Of a DNA stretch of 35,543 nt, positions 10,354 through 19,847 are shown piece after piece. The DNA comes from Lysobacteraceae bacterium (lineage in GTDB: Bacteria; Pseudomonadota; Gammaproteobacteria; Xanthomonadales; Xanthomonadaceae). Each line of letters begins with the position of its first letter. The first letter of the stretch is position 1. The DNA lies in contig JAYRTK010000001.1 of NCBI GenBank assembly GCA_041919595.1, positions 1 through 35,543 on the forward strand, written 5' to 3'. Made by a program: the position numbers and the translations under genes. The notes beneath the pieces were generated by a model, which did not search any database, was not told the origin of the DNA, and saw nothing but the letters and a program-made list of their open reading frames with translations.

Positions 10354-11772
10354 GTGCCCAAGCGTGAGCGGCTCTTCCACTGGCGTCCGCGTTCACTGCA
10401 GACGCGGCAGCTGCTGGCGGCGAGCCTCGGCCTGATCGCATTCCTCGCGCTGGCGGGATACGCGCTGGATCGCGCGTTCCTCAACACCGCCGAGAACATC
10501 ATGCGCGAACGCCTGCGCGACTACGCGCTGGATTTCGCCGGCAAGACCGAATTCCTCCGCGGCGGCGACCTGGTGCCGCCGATGGAAAGCCAGTTGCCCG
10601 ATCCGCGTCTGAAACGCCCCGGCAGCGGCCTCTACGCGCAGATCGTGCTGCCGTTCGCGGTGTGGGAATCGGATTCCGCCCAGGGACCGGAACTGCCCGA
10701 CGTGAAGATGCTCGCGCCCAAGCAGCAGATCTTCGAGGGGCCGCTGGAGATCGTCCGTTCCGACGGTACCCGCGCCCGCGCATACCGCTACGGTTTCGGC
10801 CTGGCCTGGCCTGGCGACGATCTCTCCGACGAAGTGCCTTACACCATCTACGTCGTCGAGGACACCGCGCGGCTGCAGAGCCAGCTCGTGGTGTTCCGGC
10901 GCGCGCTGTGGGGATATCTGGGCGCGGTCGGCGTGCTGCTGTTGCTGCTGCAGGTGCTGGTGTTGCGCTGGAGCCTGTGGCCGCTGCGACGGGTGATCGA
11001 GGAACTCAAACGCGTGCAGCGCGGCACCACCTCGCGCATGAGCGAGCGCCACCCGCGCGAGCTCGAACCGCTCACCGAAAGCATCAACGCGTTCATCGAG
11101 AGCGAACGCGAGAACCTCGAACGCCAGCGCAACATCCTCGCCGATCTCGCGCACAGCCTGAAAACGCCGCTGGCCGTGCTGCGCACGCGCCTCGACAGCG
11201 GCACCGACGGACAGGAACTGCGCACTGAACTCGACGAGCAGCTCAAGCGCATGAACGATCTGGTCGGCTACCAGCTCAGTCGCGCCGCGTCCGGCGGCCA
11301 CAAACTGTTCGCGGCGCCGCTGGCGATCGAACCGAACGCCGAGGAGATCGTGCGCGGGCTGGAGAAGGTGTACGCCTCGAAGGGCGTGTTCTGCGAGTTC
11401 GAGATCGACGCCGATGCCCGTTTCTACGGCGAAAAGGGCGATCTGCAGGAACTGCTCGGCAACCTGCTGGAAAACGCGTTCAAATGGGCGAAGTCGCGGG
11501 TGTTGCTGACCGCGAAGACCGGTGCCACCGCGCCCAACCGACGCCCCGGCCTGCTGCTGATGGTGGAGGACGACGGCCCCGGCATCCCGGAGGAGAAGAT
11601 CGCGCTGGTGCTGCAGCGCGGCGTGCGCGGCGACGAGCGAGTGCAGGGCCACGGCATCGGTCTGGCGATCGTGCAGGACATCGTGCGCAGTTACCGCGGC
11701 GAACTGCTGGTCGGCGATTCCTCGGAGCTCGGCGGCGCGCGTTTCGAGGTGGCGTTGCCGGCGGGGCTGTAG
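10354..11772 (+). CDS. phoQ: Sensor histidine kinase PhoQ
   Basis: Two TM segments, HAMP region PRELEPL, H-box ADLAHSLKTPLAVL, N-box ELLGNLLENAFKW, EDDGPGI, QRGVRGDE, GHGIGLAIV. Follows phoP. Confidence 0.85.
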   Translation: MPKRERLFHWRPRSLQTRQLLAASLGLIAFLALAGYALDRAFLNTAENIMRERLRDYALDFAGKTEFLRGGDLVPPMESQLPDPRLKRPGSGLYAQIVLPFAVWESDSAQGPELPDVKMLAPKQQIFEGPLEIVRSDGTRARAYRYGFGLAWPGDDLSDEVPYTIYVVEDTARLQSQLVVFRRALWGYLGAVGVLLLLLQVLVLRWSLWPLRRVIEELKRVQRGTTSRMSERHPRELEPLTESINAFIESERENLERQRNILADLAHSLKTPLAVLRTRLDSGTDGQELRTELDEQLKRMNDLVGYQLSRAASGGHKLFAAPLAIEPNAEEIVRGLEKVYASKGVFCEFEIDADARFYGEKGDLQELLGNLLENAFKWAKSRVLLTAKTGATAPNRRPGLLLMVEDDGPGIPEEKIALVLQRGVRGDERVQGHGIGLAIVQDIVRSYRGELLVGDSSELGGARFEVALPAGL

Positions 11773-11784
11773 ACCGGGCCCGAC

Positions 11785-12549
11785 CTACGCCTGCCCGCGA
11801 TCGAGCGGGCTCTCGCCGTAGAAGCGTGCGAGGTGCGCCGCCACGGTGGGCAATTCGCGGCGCAGCAGCGTCGGCGAGCTGAAGTGGTACTCGCTGCAGA
11901 CCGCGAAGAATTCCTCCGGGGCCTCGGCGGCATAGGCATCGATCGCGGTACGGCGGCGGGCGTCGACGGTGTCGACGAAACCGTCGTAGGCGCGCTGGAA
12001 ATCGCGCGCCCATTCGCGCTGCCAGTCGCGCGGCAGCGGCGGCGTGCCATCGAGCGCACCGTCGAGCGCATCGAGCTTGTGCGCCATCTCGTGCACCGCC
12101 ACGCAGAAACCGGCATCGGGTTCGGCCAGATCGGCCTCGACATCGGCCCAGGACAGGATCAGCGGTCCCGCATCCCAGGCTTCACCGATCAATTCGTCGT
12201 CCCAGGCATGCAGGACCCCCGCGGCGTCGATGTGCTCGCGACGGGTGCGGAACGCGCCGGGATAGACGATCAGCTCCGACCAGCCGTGCAGCCCCTCGGC
12301 GCCGAATTCGAGCAGCGGCAGGCAACACAGGGCGGCGAGCGTGCAGCGTCCGGCGTCGTCCAGGATCAGACCGTCGACCGGAGTGATCGTCTTGCGTTCC
12401 AGGAAATGCGCGGTCAGCGCGGCGAGACGGGCGTCGCGCTCGGCGTCGAGCGCGGCGACCCACGGAACATCGATCCGCACGCGCTGCCACAGCGCGGGAT
12501 CGGGAAGCGGATCGGAAGATCGGGCGAACAGCCCGCGGAGCCAGCGCAA
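11785..12549 (-). CDS. Zinc-dependent peptidase, MtfA/M90 family
   Basis: ELIVYPGAF, GEAWDAGPLILSW, VAVHEMAHKLD (HExxH), IDAYAAEAPEEFFAVCSEYHF. Probable TTG start at 12549, just after the upstream gene's stop. Confidence 0.88.
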   Translation of the reverse strand: MRWLRGLFARSSDPLPDPALWQRVRIDVPWVAALDAERDARLAALTAHFLERKTITPVDGLILDDAGRCTLAALCCLPLLEFGAEGLHGWSELIVYPGAFRTRREHIDAAGVLHAWDDELIGEAWDAGPLILSWADVEADLAEPDAGFCVAVHEMAHKLDALDGALDGTPPLPRDWQREWARDFQRAYDGFVDTVDARRRTAIDAYAAEAPEEFFAVCSEYHFSSPTLLRRELPTVAAHLARFYGESPLDRGQA

Positions 12550-12562
12550 ACGTCGGCGACGC

Positions 12563-12874
12563 TCAGCGGAACATGCCCGGCAGGAACCGGTGCCAGCGTG
12601 GACCGCGGACCGGGGCGCCGGCATTGGCGTCGCGGGTGCCCGGACGGGCGCGGGTCTGCGTGGGCGCGGCGCCGCGCTTGGCGGCGCCAGGCTTGCTGAC
12701 CGTGGTGCCACCCGCGGCTTCGTCGTCGACGGCGGCGACGACGTCCGGGCATTCGGCGGCGTCGCTGTTGGCATTCATCATCGCGCCGGTGCGCGCGACG
12801 GCCGGCAGGCTGATCGACAGACCGATCAGGACGAGCGCGGACAGCGTGAACAGGGCGTTGCGGGAGCGGCGCAT
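12563..12874 (-). CDS. Small secreted hypothetical protein (103 aa)
   Basis: ATG 12874. Signal peptide MRRSRNALFTLSALVLIGLSISLPAVA, low-complexity middle, C-terminal PRWHRFLPGMFR. Fills the gap between the peptidase and the divergent gene. Confidence 0.7.
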   Translation of the reverse strand: MRRSRNALFTLSALVLIGLSISLPAVARTGAMMNANSDAAECPDVVAAVDDEAAGGTTVSKPGAAKRGAAPTQTRARPGTRDANAGAPVRGPRWHRFLPGMFR

Positions 12875-12978
12875 GACGTCGTCCAGAGGTGCGGGGAACG
12901 ATCCCCGGGCAAGACGCCGACTATAGCGCGGATGTGACGGCCGCGGGCCGACCGCTGGATGAACGGGGGCTTGCTGCG

Positions 12979-14922
12979 ATGCAGCAGCCATCGCCCCCGG
13001 ACTTGCGGCAGACTCGCCCCGTGAACACGCCCGCCCAGACTCCGCCAGCAGACGCCAGCGCCGAGGCTCCGGCCCCCGGACCGACCCCCTCCGCCCAGAC
13101 CCTGACCGCCGCCACCCTGCGGCGGGCGCTGATCGCCGGGGCACGCCGGGTCATCGCCGCCCGCGACGGACTGAACCGGATCAACGTCTTCCCGGTCGCC
13201 GACGGCGACACCGGCAACAATCTCGCCTTCACCCTCGGCAGCCTCCTCAACGGCGCGCTGAGCCGGCGCAGCCGGCACATCGGCGAACTGCTGCGCCGGA
13301 TCGGCGACGACGCCATCGACGGCGCGCGCGGCAATTCCGGCGCGATCCTCGCCCAGTTCCTGCACGGCGTGGCCGAGCACGCCCGTGCCCAACCCGTGCT
13401 GGACGCGCAGACGCTGGCGGCCGCGGTGCGTCACGGCGCGGACAGCGCCCGCGGCGCGCTGGCCCACCCCGTGGAAGGCACCATCCTCAGCGTGATCGAC
13501 AGTTTCGCCGACGCGATGCAGGAGTCCGCCGCGCAACTGCGCGGCGATCCGCGCGGCAGTTTCGCCCGCGCGCTGGCGCAGGCGCGCACCGCGCTCGCGC
13601 GGACGCCGCAGCAGATGGCATTGCTGCAGAAGGCGGGGGTGGTCGACGCCGGCGCCCAGGGGTTCGTCGATCTGCTCGAAGGCATCGCCGAATTCGTCGA
13701 GGGCGGGCCACGGGCGCTGCGCGTGCGCACCGGTCTGGTCGCCGCGAACGATGCCGTCGGGCACGATCACGAGGCGCATCCGGCGCACGACGCGGTCGAT
13801 CCCGAACGGCGCTGGTGCACCGAATGCCTGTTGTTCGTCGACGGCGGCAGCGGCCGGACGATCGACCGCGATGCCGTGCGCACGGCGCTGGAAGCGATCG
13901 GCGCCGATTCGATGGTGCTGGCCGGCGGCGGTACGCGGCTGCGCGTGCATGCGCACGTGGGCGCGCCGCAGCAGTTGTTCGACGCCTGCGCCGCGTTCGC
14001 CGCGGTCGAGGGCATGAAAGCCGACGACATGCTGCTGCAGTCGCGCAGTCCGGAGCGGGCGGCGCGGGTGGCGGTGGTCACCGACAGCGCCGCCGATCTG
14101 CCCGAAGCGATCGCCGACGCCTACGCCGTGCATGTGGTGCCGGTGCGGGTGAATCTCGACGGCCGCGACTATCTCGACAAGATCGGGCTGGCCACCGCCG
14201 AGTTCTATCGGCGCATGACCACCTCGCAGCAACTGCCGCGCACGAGCCAGCCGCCACCGGGCGATTTCCGGCGCAGTTTCGAATTTCTCGGCGCGCATCA
14301 CCCGGCGGTGGTCTACGTCGGTCTGTCGCGCGCGATCTCCGGCACGCTGCAATCGGCCGAGCACGCCGCGGCGCGCGGCGACGGCGCCACCGTGCGGGTG
14401 TTCGACAGCATCAACGTCGCCGGTGGCCAGGGACTGCTGGCCTGGCGCGCGGCCGAGCTGGCCGATGCCGGCATGGAGGCCGATGCGATCCTGCGCGAAC
14501 TCGAACGGCTGCGACCGCTCACCCTGACCTGGGCGATGGCGCGGGATATCCGCCATGCCGTGCGCGGCGGCCGCATTCCGCGCTGGGCGGAACCCGCGGT
14601 GCGCTTCACCGGGCTGACGCCGGTGGCGAAAATGAAGGAGAACGGCACGCTCGGCGTCGCCGGCGGCCTGATCGCGAAGGAGAAGGCGCCGGAAGCCTTC
14701 GCCGCCTACATCGCGAAGCGGGTACGCAAGGCACTGGGCACGACGACGCTGCGCGCGATCGTCGGCCATTGCGATGCGCACGACGACGGCGAACGGCTGC
14801 TCGCGGCGCTGCGCACGCGGCTCGGCATCGTCGAGACGCACGTGGTCGAAACCGGCCCGGCGATCGGCGCGCATGCCGGCCGCGGGACGCTGGTGGTCTC
14901 GCTGCAACCGGCACCGGGGTGA
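12979..14922 (+). CDS. DAK2 (FakA-like kinase) - DegV (FakB-like fatty-acid binding) fusion protein
   Basis: DAK2 motifs NVFPVADGDTGNN, GARGNSGAIL, VEGTILSV, GVVDAGAQG; middle domain WCTE and RVHAH; DegV motifs VVTDSAADLP, RTSQPPPG, LSRAISGT, GGRI, IGAHAG. Start uncertain (ATG 12979 or GTG 13021). Confidence 0.9.
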   Translation: MQQPSPPDLRQTRPVNTPAQTPPADASAEAPAPGPTPSAQTLTAATLRRALIAGARRVIAARDGLNRINVFPVADGDTGNNLAFTLGSLLNGALSRRSRHIGELLRRIGDDAIDGARGNSGAILAQFLHGVAEHARAQPVLDAQTLAAAVRHGADSARGALAHPVEGTILSVIDSFADAMQESAAQLRGDPRGSFARALAQARTALARTPQQMALLQKAGVVDAGAQGFVDLLEGIAEFVEGGPRALRVRTGLVAANDAVGHDHEAHPAHDAVDPERRWCTECLLFVDGGSGRTIDRDAVRTALEAIGADSMVLAGGGTRLRVHAHVGAPQQLFDACAAFAAVEGMKADDMLLQSRSPERAARVAVVTDSAADLPEAIADAYAVHVVPVRVNLDGRDYLDKIGLATAEFYRRMTTSQQLPRTSQPPPGDFRRSFEFLGAHHPAVVYVGLSRAISGTLQSAEHAAARGDGATVRVFDSINVAGGQGLLAWRAAELADAGMEADAILRELERLRPLTLTWAMARDIRHAVRGGRIPRWAEPAVRFTGLTPVAKMKENGTLGVAGGLIAKEKAPEAFAAYIAKRVRKALGTTTLRAIVGHCDAHDDGERLLAALRTRLGIVETHVVETGPAIGAHAGRGTLVVSLQPAPG

Positions 14923-14929
14923 TCGCGGC

Positions 14930-15310
14930 ATGCGCGCGCTCGCGCTGTTCGCGCTCGGCCTGATCCTCGGCCCGCTGAGCTGGGCGACGGCGTACGCGAT
15001 CTCCGGCACGTTCGAGCCCTTCGACAACACCACCGGTTTTTTCGTGTGTCAGGCGATCCTCGCGCTGGCGCTGTTCGTGGCCGGCCTGCGCGCCGGCATG
15101 CTGCGCGCCTTCGGCTGTCTCGTCGGCGTCTGGGTCGGGATGAATGCCTATGCGTATCTCGCCGGAAGCAGCGAGACCCGGGCCTGGATCGTGCTGCTGT
15201 TCTCGTCGCTGACGCTGCTGATGTTTCCGCTGGCCGCGGCGATCGCCGGCGGCATCGTGCGCGCGGTGCGCGCGCGACGATCCGCCGCCCACCCGCCGGC
15301 CGGGCGATAA
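14930..15310 (+). CDS. Hypothetical integral membrane protein (126 aa, about 4 TM segments)
   Basis: ATG 7 nt after the DegV-fusion stop; four hydrophobic stretches. Confidence 0.72.
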   Translation: MRALALFALGLILGPLSWATAYAISGTFEPFDNTTGFFVCQAILALALFVAGLRAGMLRAFGCLVGVWVGMNAYAYLAGSSETRAWIVLLFSSLTLLMFPLAAAIAGGIVRAVRARRSAAHPPAGR

Positions 15311-15343
15311 TCCGTCGACAGACATCGGAGCGACGAACGCGGC

Positions 15344-15649
15344 ATGGGCTGGGCGACGGAACATATCGAACGACTTCGACGCGGCGAAACGGTGATGTTC
15401 CGTCCGCGCGGCGGATCCATGACCGGCCGGATCGAATCCGGGCAGTCGTGCACGGTCGAACCGGTCGTCGATCCGTCGACGCTGCAGGTCGACGACATCG
15501 TGTTGTGCAGGGTCAAGGGCGCGAAGCACCTGCATCTCATCAAGGCGATCCAGGGTCACCGGTTCCAGATCGGCAACAACCGCGGTTACATCAACGGCTG
15601 GATCGGACCGAACACGATCTTCGGCCGCTGCGTGAAGGTGGCGCCGTGA
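15344..15649 (+). CDS. Small stand-alone S24/S26 peptidase-like protein (101 aa)
   Basis: GETVMFRPRGGSMTGRIESGQ (GxSM serine motif), LQVDDIVLC, HLHLIKAI, IFGRCVKV. RBS-like ggag upstream; stop overlaps the plsY start (GTGA). Confidence 0.7.
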   Translation: MGWATEHIERLRRGETVMFRPRGGSMTGRIESGQSCTVEPVVDPSTLQVDDIVLCRVKGAKHLHLIKAIQGHRFQIGNNRGYINGWIGPNTIFGRCVKVAP

Positions 15650-16281
15650 ACGCCGCGCTCGTCTCCTGCGCGGTGATCCTCGCCGCCTATCTGGTCGGCT
15701 CGTTCTCGGGCAGTCTGCTGCTGGGCAGACTGCGCGGCATCGACATCCGCACCCAGGGCAGCGGCAACGCCGGCGGCACCAATGCGTTCCGCACCCAGGG
15801 CGCGACATTCGCGCTCGGCGTGGTGATCATCGACATCGGCAAGGGCGCGCTGGCGGCGTGGCTCGGCCTGCACTTCGCGGACGTGGCGAACACGGCATGG
15901 CTGCCCTACGCGACCGCATTCGCGGCGGCACTGGGCCATATCTGGCCGGTGTGGCACGGCTTCCGCGGCGGCAAGGGCGCAGCGACGATGGTCGGCGGCA
16001 TCGCGGTGCTGTGGCCGGCGGCGATCCCGCCGCTGCTCGCGGTCTGGCTGCTCTCGCTGATCCTCACCGGCTACGTCGGCCTGAGCACGATCCTCGCCGG
16101 CGCCACCGCCGCCGCGCTGGCGATCGCGACCGGCGCGGCCGCGCCACGACTCGTGTTCGCGCTCGCGATCGCGCTGCTGCTGGTGTTCACCCATCGCGCG
16201 AATCTCGCCCGGCTCCGCGCCGGCACCGAGTCGAGATTCGAGAAGGCGCGATTGCTGCACCGGTGGGCGCGACGCGGATGA
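15646..16281 (+). CDS. plsY: Acyl-phosphate:glycerol-3-phosphate acyltransferase PlsY
   Basis: AYLVGS, DIRTQGSGNAGGTNAFR, DIGKG, GHIWPVWHGFRGGKGAAT, HRANLARLRAGTE. GTG start at 15646. Confidence 0.95.
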   Translation: MNAALVSCAVILAAYLVGSFSGSLLLGRLRGIDIRTQGSGNAGGTNAFRTQGATFALGVVIIDIGKGALAAWLGLHFADVANTAWLPYATAFAAALGHIWPVWHGFRGGKGAATMVGGIAVLWPAAIPPLLAVWLLSLILTGYVGLSTILAGATAAALAIATGAAAPRLVFALAIALLLVFTHRANLARLRAGTESRFEKARLLHRWARRG

Positions 16282-17114
16282 CGACGGCATCGCGAGACGA
16301 TGCGCTCGATGCGCAGGCGCTGCGCGCCGGGCTGACCGCGACCGCTTCGGCGCGCTTCGCCGCGATCGAGGTGGTCGAAACGATCGATTCGACCAACAGC
16401 GAACTGCTGCGACGGCGAACGCCCGCGAGCGGCCTCGTCGCGCTGTTCGCGGACAGCCAGAGCGGCGGGCGCGGCCGCCTGGGCCGGACCTGGGCTTCGC
16501 CGCCGGGCGCGAATCTGTATGGCTCGCTGGCGCGGCGATTCGACGGCGGTCTCGCCCGTCTCGGTGGCCTGAGCCTGGCGGTGGGCGTGGCCGCGGCGGA
16601 AACGCTGCAGGCGCTGGGCGCGGATGCCGTGCGGGTGAAATGGCCGAACGATCTGGTGATCGACGATGGCCGCGCGCTGCGCAAGCTCGGCGGCGTGCTG
16701 ATCGAGGGCGGCCTGCAGGACGGGCACCCGCGCGCGGTCGTCGGTCTCGGGCTCAACCTGCACATGCCGGACACGGCCAGCGCGACCATCGACCAGCCCT
16801 GGACCGACCTGCATGCGCTGCTCGGCGATGCGACGCCCTCGCGGAACCGGGTGGCGATCGCCCTGCTCGGCGCATTGGCCGAAGCGCTGGACCGTTTCGA
16901 TGCCGAGGGGCTGGCGCCGTTCCTGCCGCGTTTCGCCGCGGTCGATGCGCTGCGCGGTGCGCGGGTGTCGGCGATGTTCGACGGGCACGATGTCGAGGGC
17001 GTCGTGCTCGGCCCGACCAACGACGGCGCGCTGCGGCTGCGCACGGGCGACGGCGAGATCGCGCTGCGCGCGGGCGAGGTGCGGGTGCGCAGGCGGGCAC
17101 CGGCAGAGGCATGA
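16278..17114 (+). CDS. birA: Biotin--[acetyl-CoA-carboxylase] ligase (no N-terminal HTH)
   Basis: IDSTNSELL, QSGGRGRLGRTWASP, VKWPNDL, RKLGGVLIE, GLGLN. ATG overlaps the plsY stop (ATGA). Confidence 0.93.
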   Translation: MTTASRDDALDAQALRAGLTATASARFAAIEVVETIDSTNSELLRRRTPASGLVALFADSQSGGRGRLGRTWASPPGANLYGSLARRFDGGLARLGGLSLAVGVAAAETLQALGADAVRVKWPNDLVIDDGRALRKLGGVLIEGGLQDGHPRAVVGLGLNLHMPDTASATIDQPWTDLHALLGDATPSRNRVAIALLGALAEALDRFDAEGLAPFLPRFAAVDALRGARVSAMFDGHDVEGVVLGPTNDGALRLRTGDGEIALRAGEVRVRRRAPAEA

Positions 17115-17121
17115 TGCGCGC

Positions 17122-17858
17122 ATGACCGCCACCGTCCTGTTCGACCTCGGCAACACCCGGCTGAAATACGCGCCGCTGCGCGCGGATGGCGGTGCCGGCG
17201 AACCGGTCGCGATCGCCCACGACGGGCTCGCGCTGCCCGCGGGCTGGGACGCGGCGCTGCCGGCACGCTTCGAGACCGCCATCGTGACCAGCGTGGCCGC
17301 ACCGGCGCTGCGGGTCGCCCTGCTCGATGCGCTGAGCGCACGTTGCGCGCGGATCTCGATCGCACGCACCACCGCGCGCTGCGGCGCGTTGCGCATCGCC
17401 TACCCGCAACCGGAGAGTCTGGGCACCGACCGCTTCCTGGCGATGCTCGGCGCGCGCGCGCGCGGCCGCACGCCTTGGCTGGTGATCGGGATCGGCACCG
17501 CGATCACGATCGATCTCATCGACGGCGATGGCGGCCATCGCGGTGGTCGCATCGCGCCCTCGCCCGCACTGATGCGCGAGGCACTGCATGCGCGCGCGGC
17601 GCAGTTGCCGGAACACGGCGGCGCGCTCGTCGCGTTCGCCGACAACACCGCGGACGCCCTGCGCAGCGGTTGCGACGGCGCGGCCGTGGCGCTGATCGAG
17701 CAGGCCAAGCGCGACGCCGTCGCGCTGCTCGGCGCGATGCCCGCGCTGCTTCTGCACGGCGGCGGCGTCGATGGGCTGCGGCCGGGGCTGCCGACCGACG
17801 CGCTGCACGCACCGGCGCTCGTCTTGGAAGGGCTCGCGGCGTGGGCGAGAATGCCGGC

Positions 17859-17862
<4 letters not shown>
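17122..17862 (+). CDS. coaX: Type III pantothenate kinase
   Basis: LFDLGNTRLK, YPQPESLGTDR, IGIGTAITIDL, GGRIAP, LVLEGL; follows birA. Confidence 0.92.
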
Positions 17863-18593
<731 letters not shown>

Positions 18594-18655
18594 CCGTCGC
18601 CGCACCCGCGGCACACCCACCCACCGCAAAATCCGGTCGAACCGGCGGCCACGGA

Positions 18656-18699
18656 CGTCCTGCCAGAAAGCGTCCTGCCAGAAAGCGTCCTGTTAGAAT
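18656..18699 (+). repeat. 15-bp tandem repeat (2 perfect + 1 diverged copy) whose third copy carries an extended -10 (TGtTAGAAT) for the tRNA
   Basis: cgtcctgccagaaag cgtcctgccagaaag cgtcctgttagaat. Confidence 0.8.
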
Positions 18700-18744
18700 C
18701 GGCCTCCCGTTGCCTCACGCCGGGGCACGCTCCCCGCGCAGTTC

Positions 18745-18820
18745 GCCGGCATAGCTCAGTTGGTAGAGCAACCGCCTTGTAAGCGGTAGGTCGTCCGTTC
18801 GAGTCGGACTGTCGGCACCA
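18745..18820 (+). tRNA. tRNA-Thr (anticodon UGU)
   Basis: 76 nt. Acceptor stem gccggca/tgtcggc, D arm tagctcagttggtagagc, anticodon stem accgc-cttgtaa-gcggt, T arm gttcgagtc, encoded CCA. Confidence 0.97.
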
Positions 18821-18836
18821 TCCCAGGACGTTCTTC

Positions 18837-19760
18837 ATGCAGCGAAGCTTCCCCCCCGTCTCCCTGATCGGCGCGCCCACCGACATCGGCGCCGGCCACC
18901 GCGGAGCGAGGATGGGGCCGGACGCGCTGCGCATCGCCGGTCTGGGCGAAGCGCTGGCCGCGCGCGGCGTGGATGTCGCCGATCGCGGCAATCTCGCCGG
19001 GCCGACCAATCCCTGGCTGCCGCCGGTCGACGGCTACCGCCATCTCGATGGCGTCGTGGCCTGGAACCGCGCGCTGATGGACGCCGTCGGCGCCGAGCTG
19101 CGCCTCGGCCGGCTGCCGATCGTGCTCGGCGGCGATCATTGCCTGGGCGTCGGCTCGATCACCGCCGTCGCCCGCCATTGCCGCGAAACCGGCAGGAAGC
19201 TGCGCGTGCTCTGGCTCGACGCCCACGCCGACTTCAACACCCACGAAGTCACGCCCTCGGGCAACCTGCACGGCATGCCGGTGGCCTGCCTCTGCGGCCT
19301 CGGCCCCGCGCCGCTGGTGAATCTCGGCGGCAGCGCCCCGGCGATGCGTCCGGACGAGATCCGTCAGATCGGCATCCGCTCGGTCGATCTGGGCGAGAAG
19401 CGACTGGTGAAGGACTACGGTCTCGACATCTACGACATGCGCTACATCGACGAGGTCGGGATCAAGCGCGCGCTGGAAGAGGCGCTGGAGGACGTCGACG
19501 ACGACACCCACCTCCACGTCAGCTTCGACGTCGACTTCCTCGATCCCAGCATCGCGCCGGGCGTCGGCACCACCGTCCCCGGCGGCCCGAACTACCGCGA
19601 GGCGCAGCTGGTGATGGAGATGATCGCCGACACCGGCCGCATGGCCTCGCTGGACATCGTCGAACTCAACCCGGCACTCGACAACCACAACGCCACCGCC
19701 GAACTCGCGGTGGATCTGGTGGAAAGCCTGTTCGGCAAGTCGACCCTGATGCGGGATTGA
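18837..19760 (+). CDS. rocF: Arginase
   Basis: GARMGPDALR, LGGDHCLGVGS, WLDAHADFNT, PSGNLHGMPV, HVSFDVDFLDP, APGVGTTVPGG, DIVELNP. Confidence 0.94.
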   Translation: MQRSFPPVSLIGAPTDIGAGHRGARMGPDALRIAGLGEALAARGVDVADRGNLAGPTNPWLPPVDGYRHLDGVVAWNRALMDAVGAELRLGRLPIVLGGDHCLGVGSITAVARHCRETGRKLRVLWLDAHADFNTHEVTPSGNLHGMPVACLCGLGPAPLVNLGGSAPAMRPDEIRQIGIRSVDLGEKRLVKDYGLDIYDMRYIDEVGIKRALEEALEDVDDDTHLHVSFDVDFLDPSIAPGVGTTVPGGPNYREAQLVMEMIADTGRMASLDIVELNPALDNHNATAELAVDLVESLFGKSTLMRD

Positions 19761-19847
19761 GGAACACTCGGTTTTTTCGCACGGATCTTTCGCGCAGACC
19801 CTTCGCGCGGATCCGTGAACCGGGCCAACACGACCCTCGCCCGAAAC

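Noticed and set aside
12550-12774. Long N-terminal extension of the MtfA-like peptidase
   Set aside because: Overlaps the small secreted-protein gene and is low complexity; TTG 12549 fits better.
15046-15645. Apparent 200-aa N-terminal extension of PlsY
   Set aside because: Overlaps two better-supported ORFs; PlsY homology starts at GTG 15646.
18656-18699. Possible CRISPR or att-site repeat near the tRNA
   Set aside because: The repeats are contiguous with no spacers, and there are no cas or integrase genes in the window.
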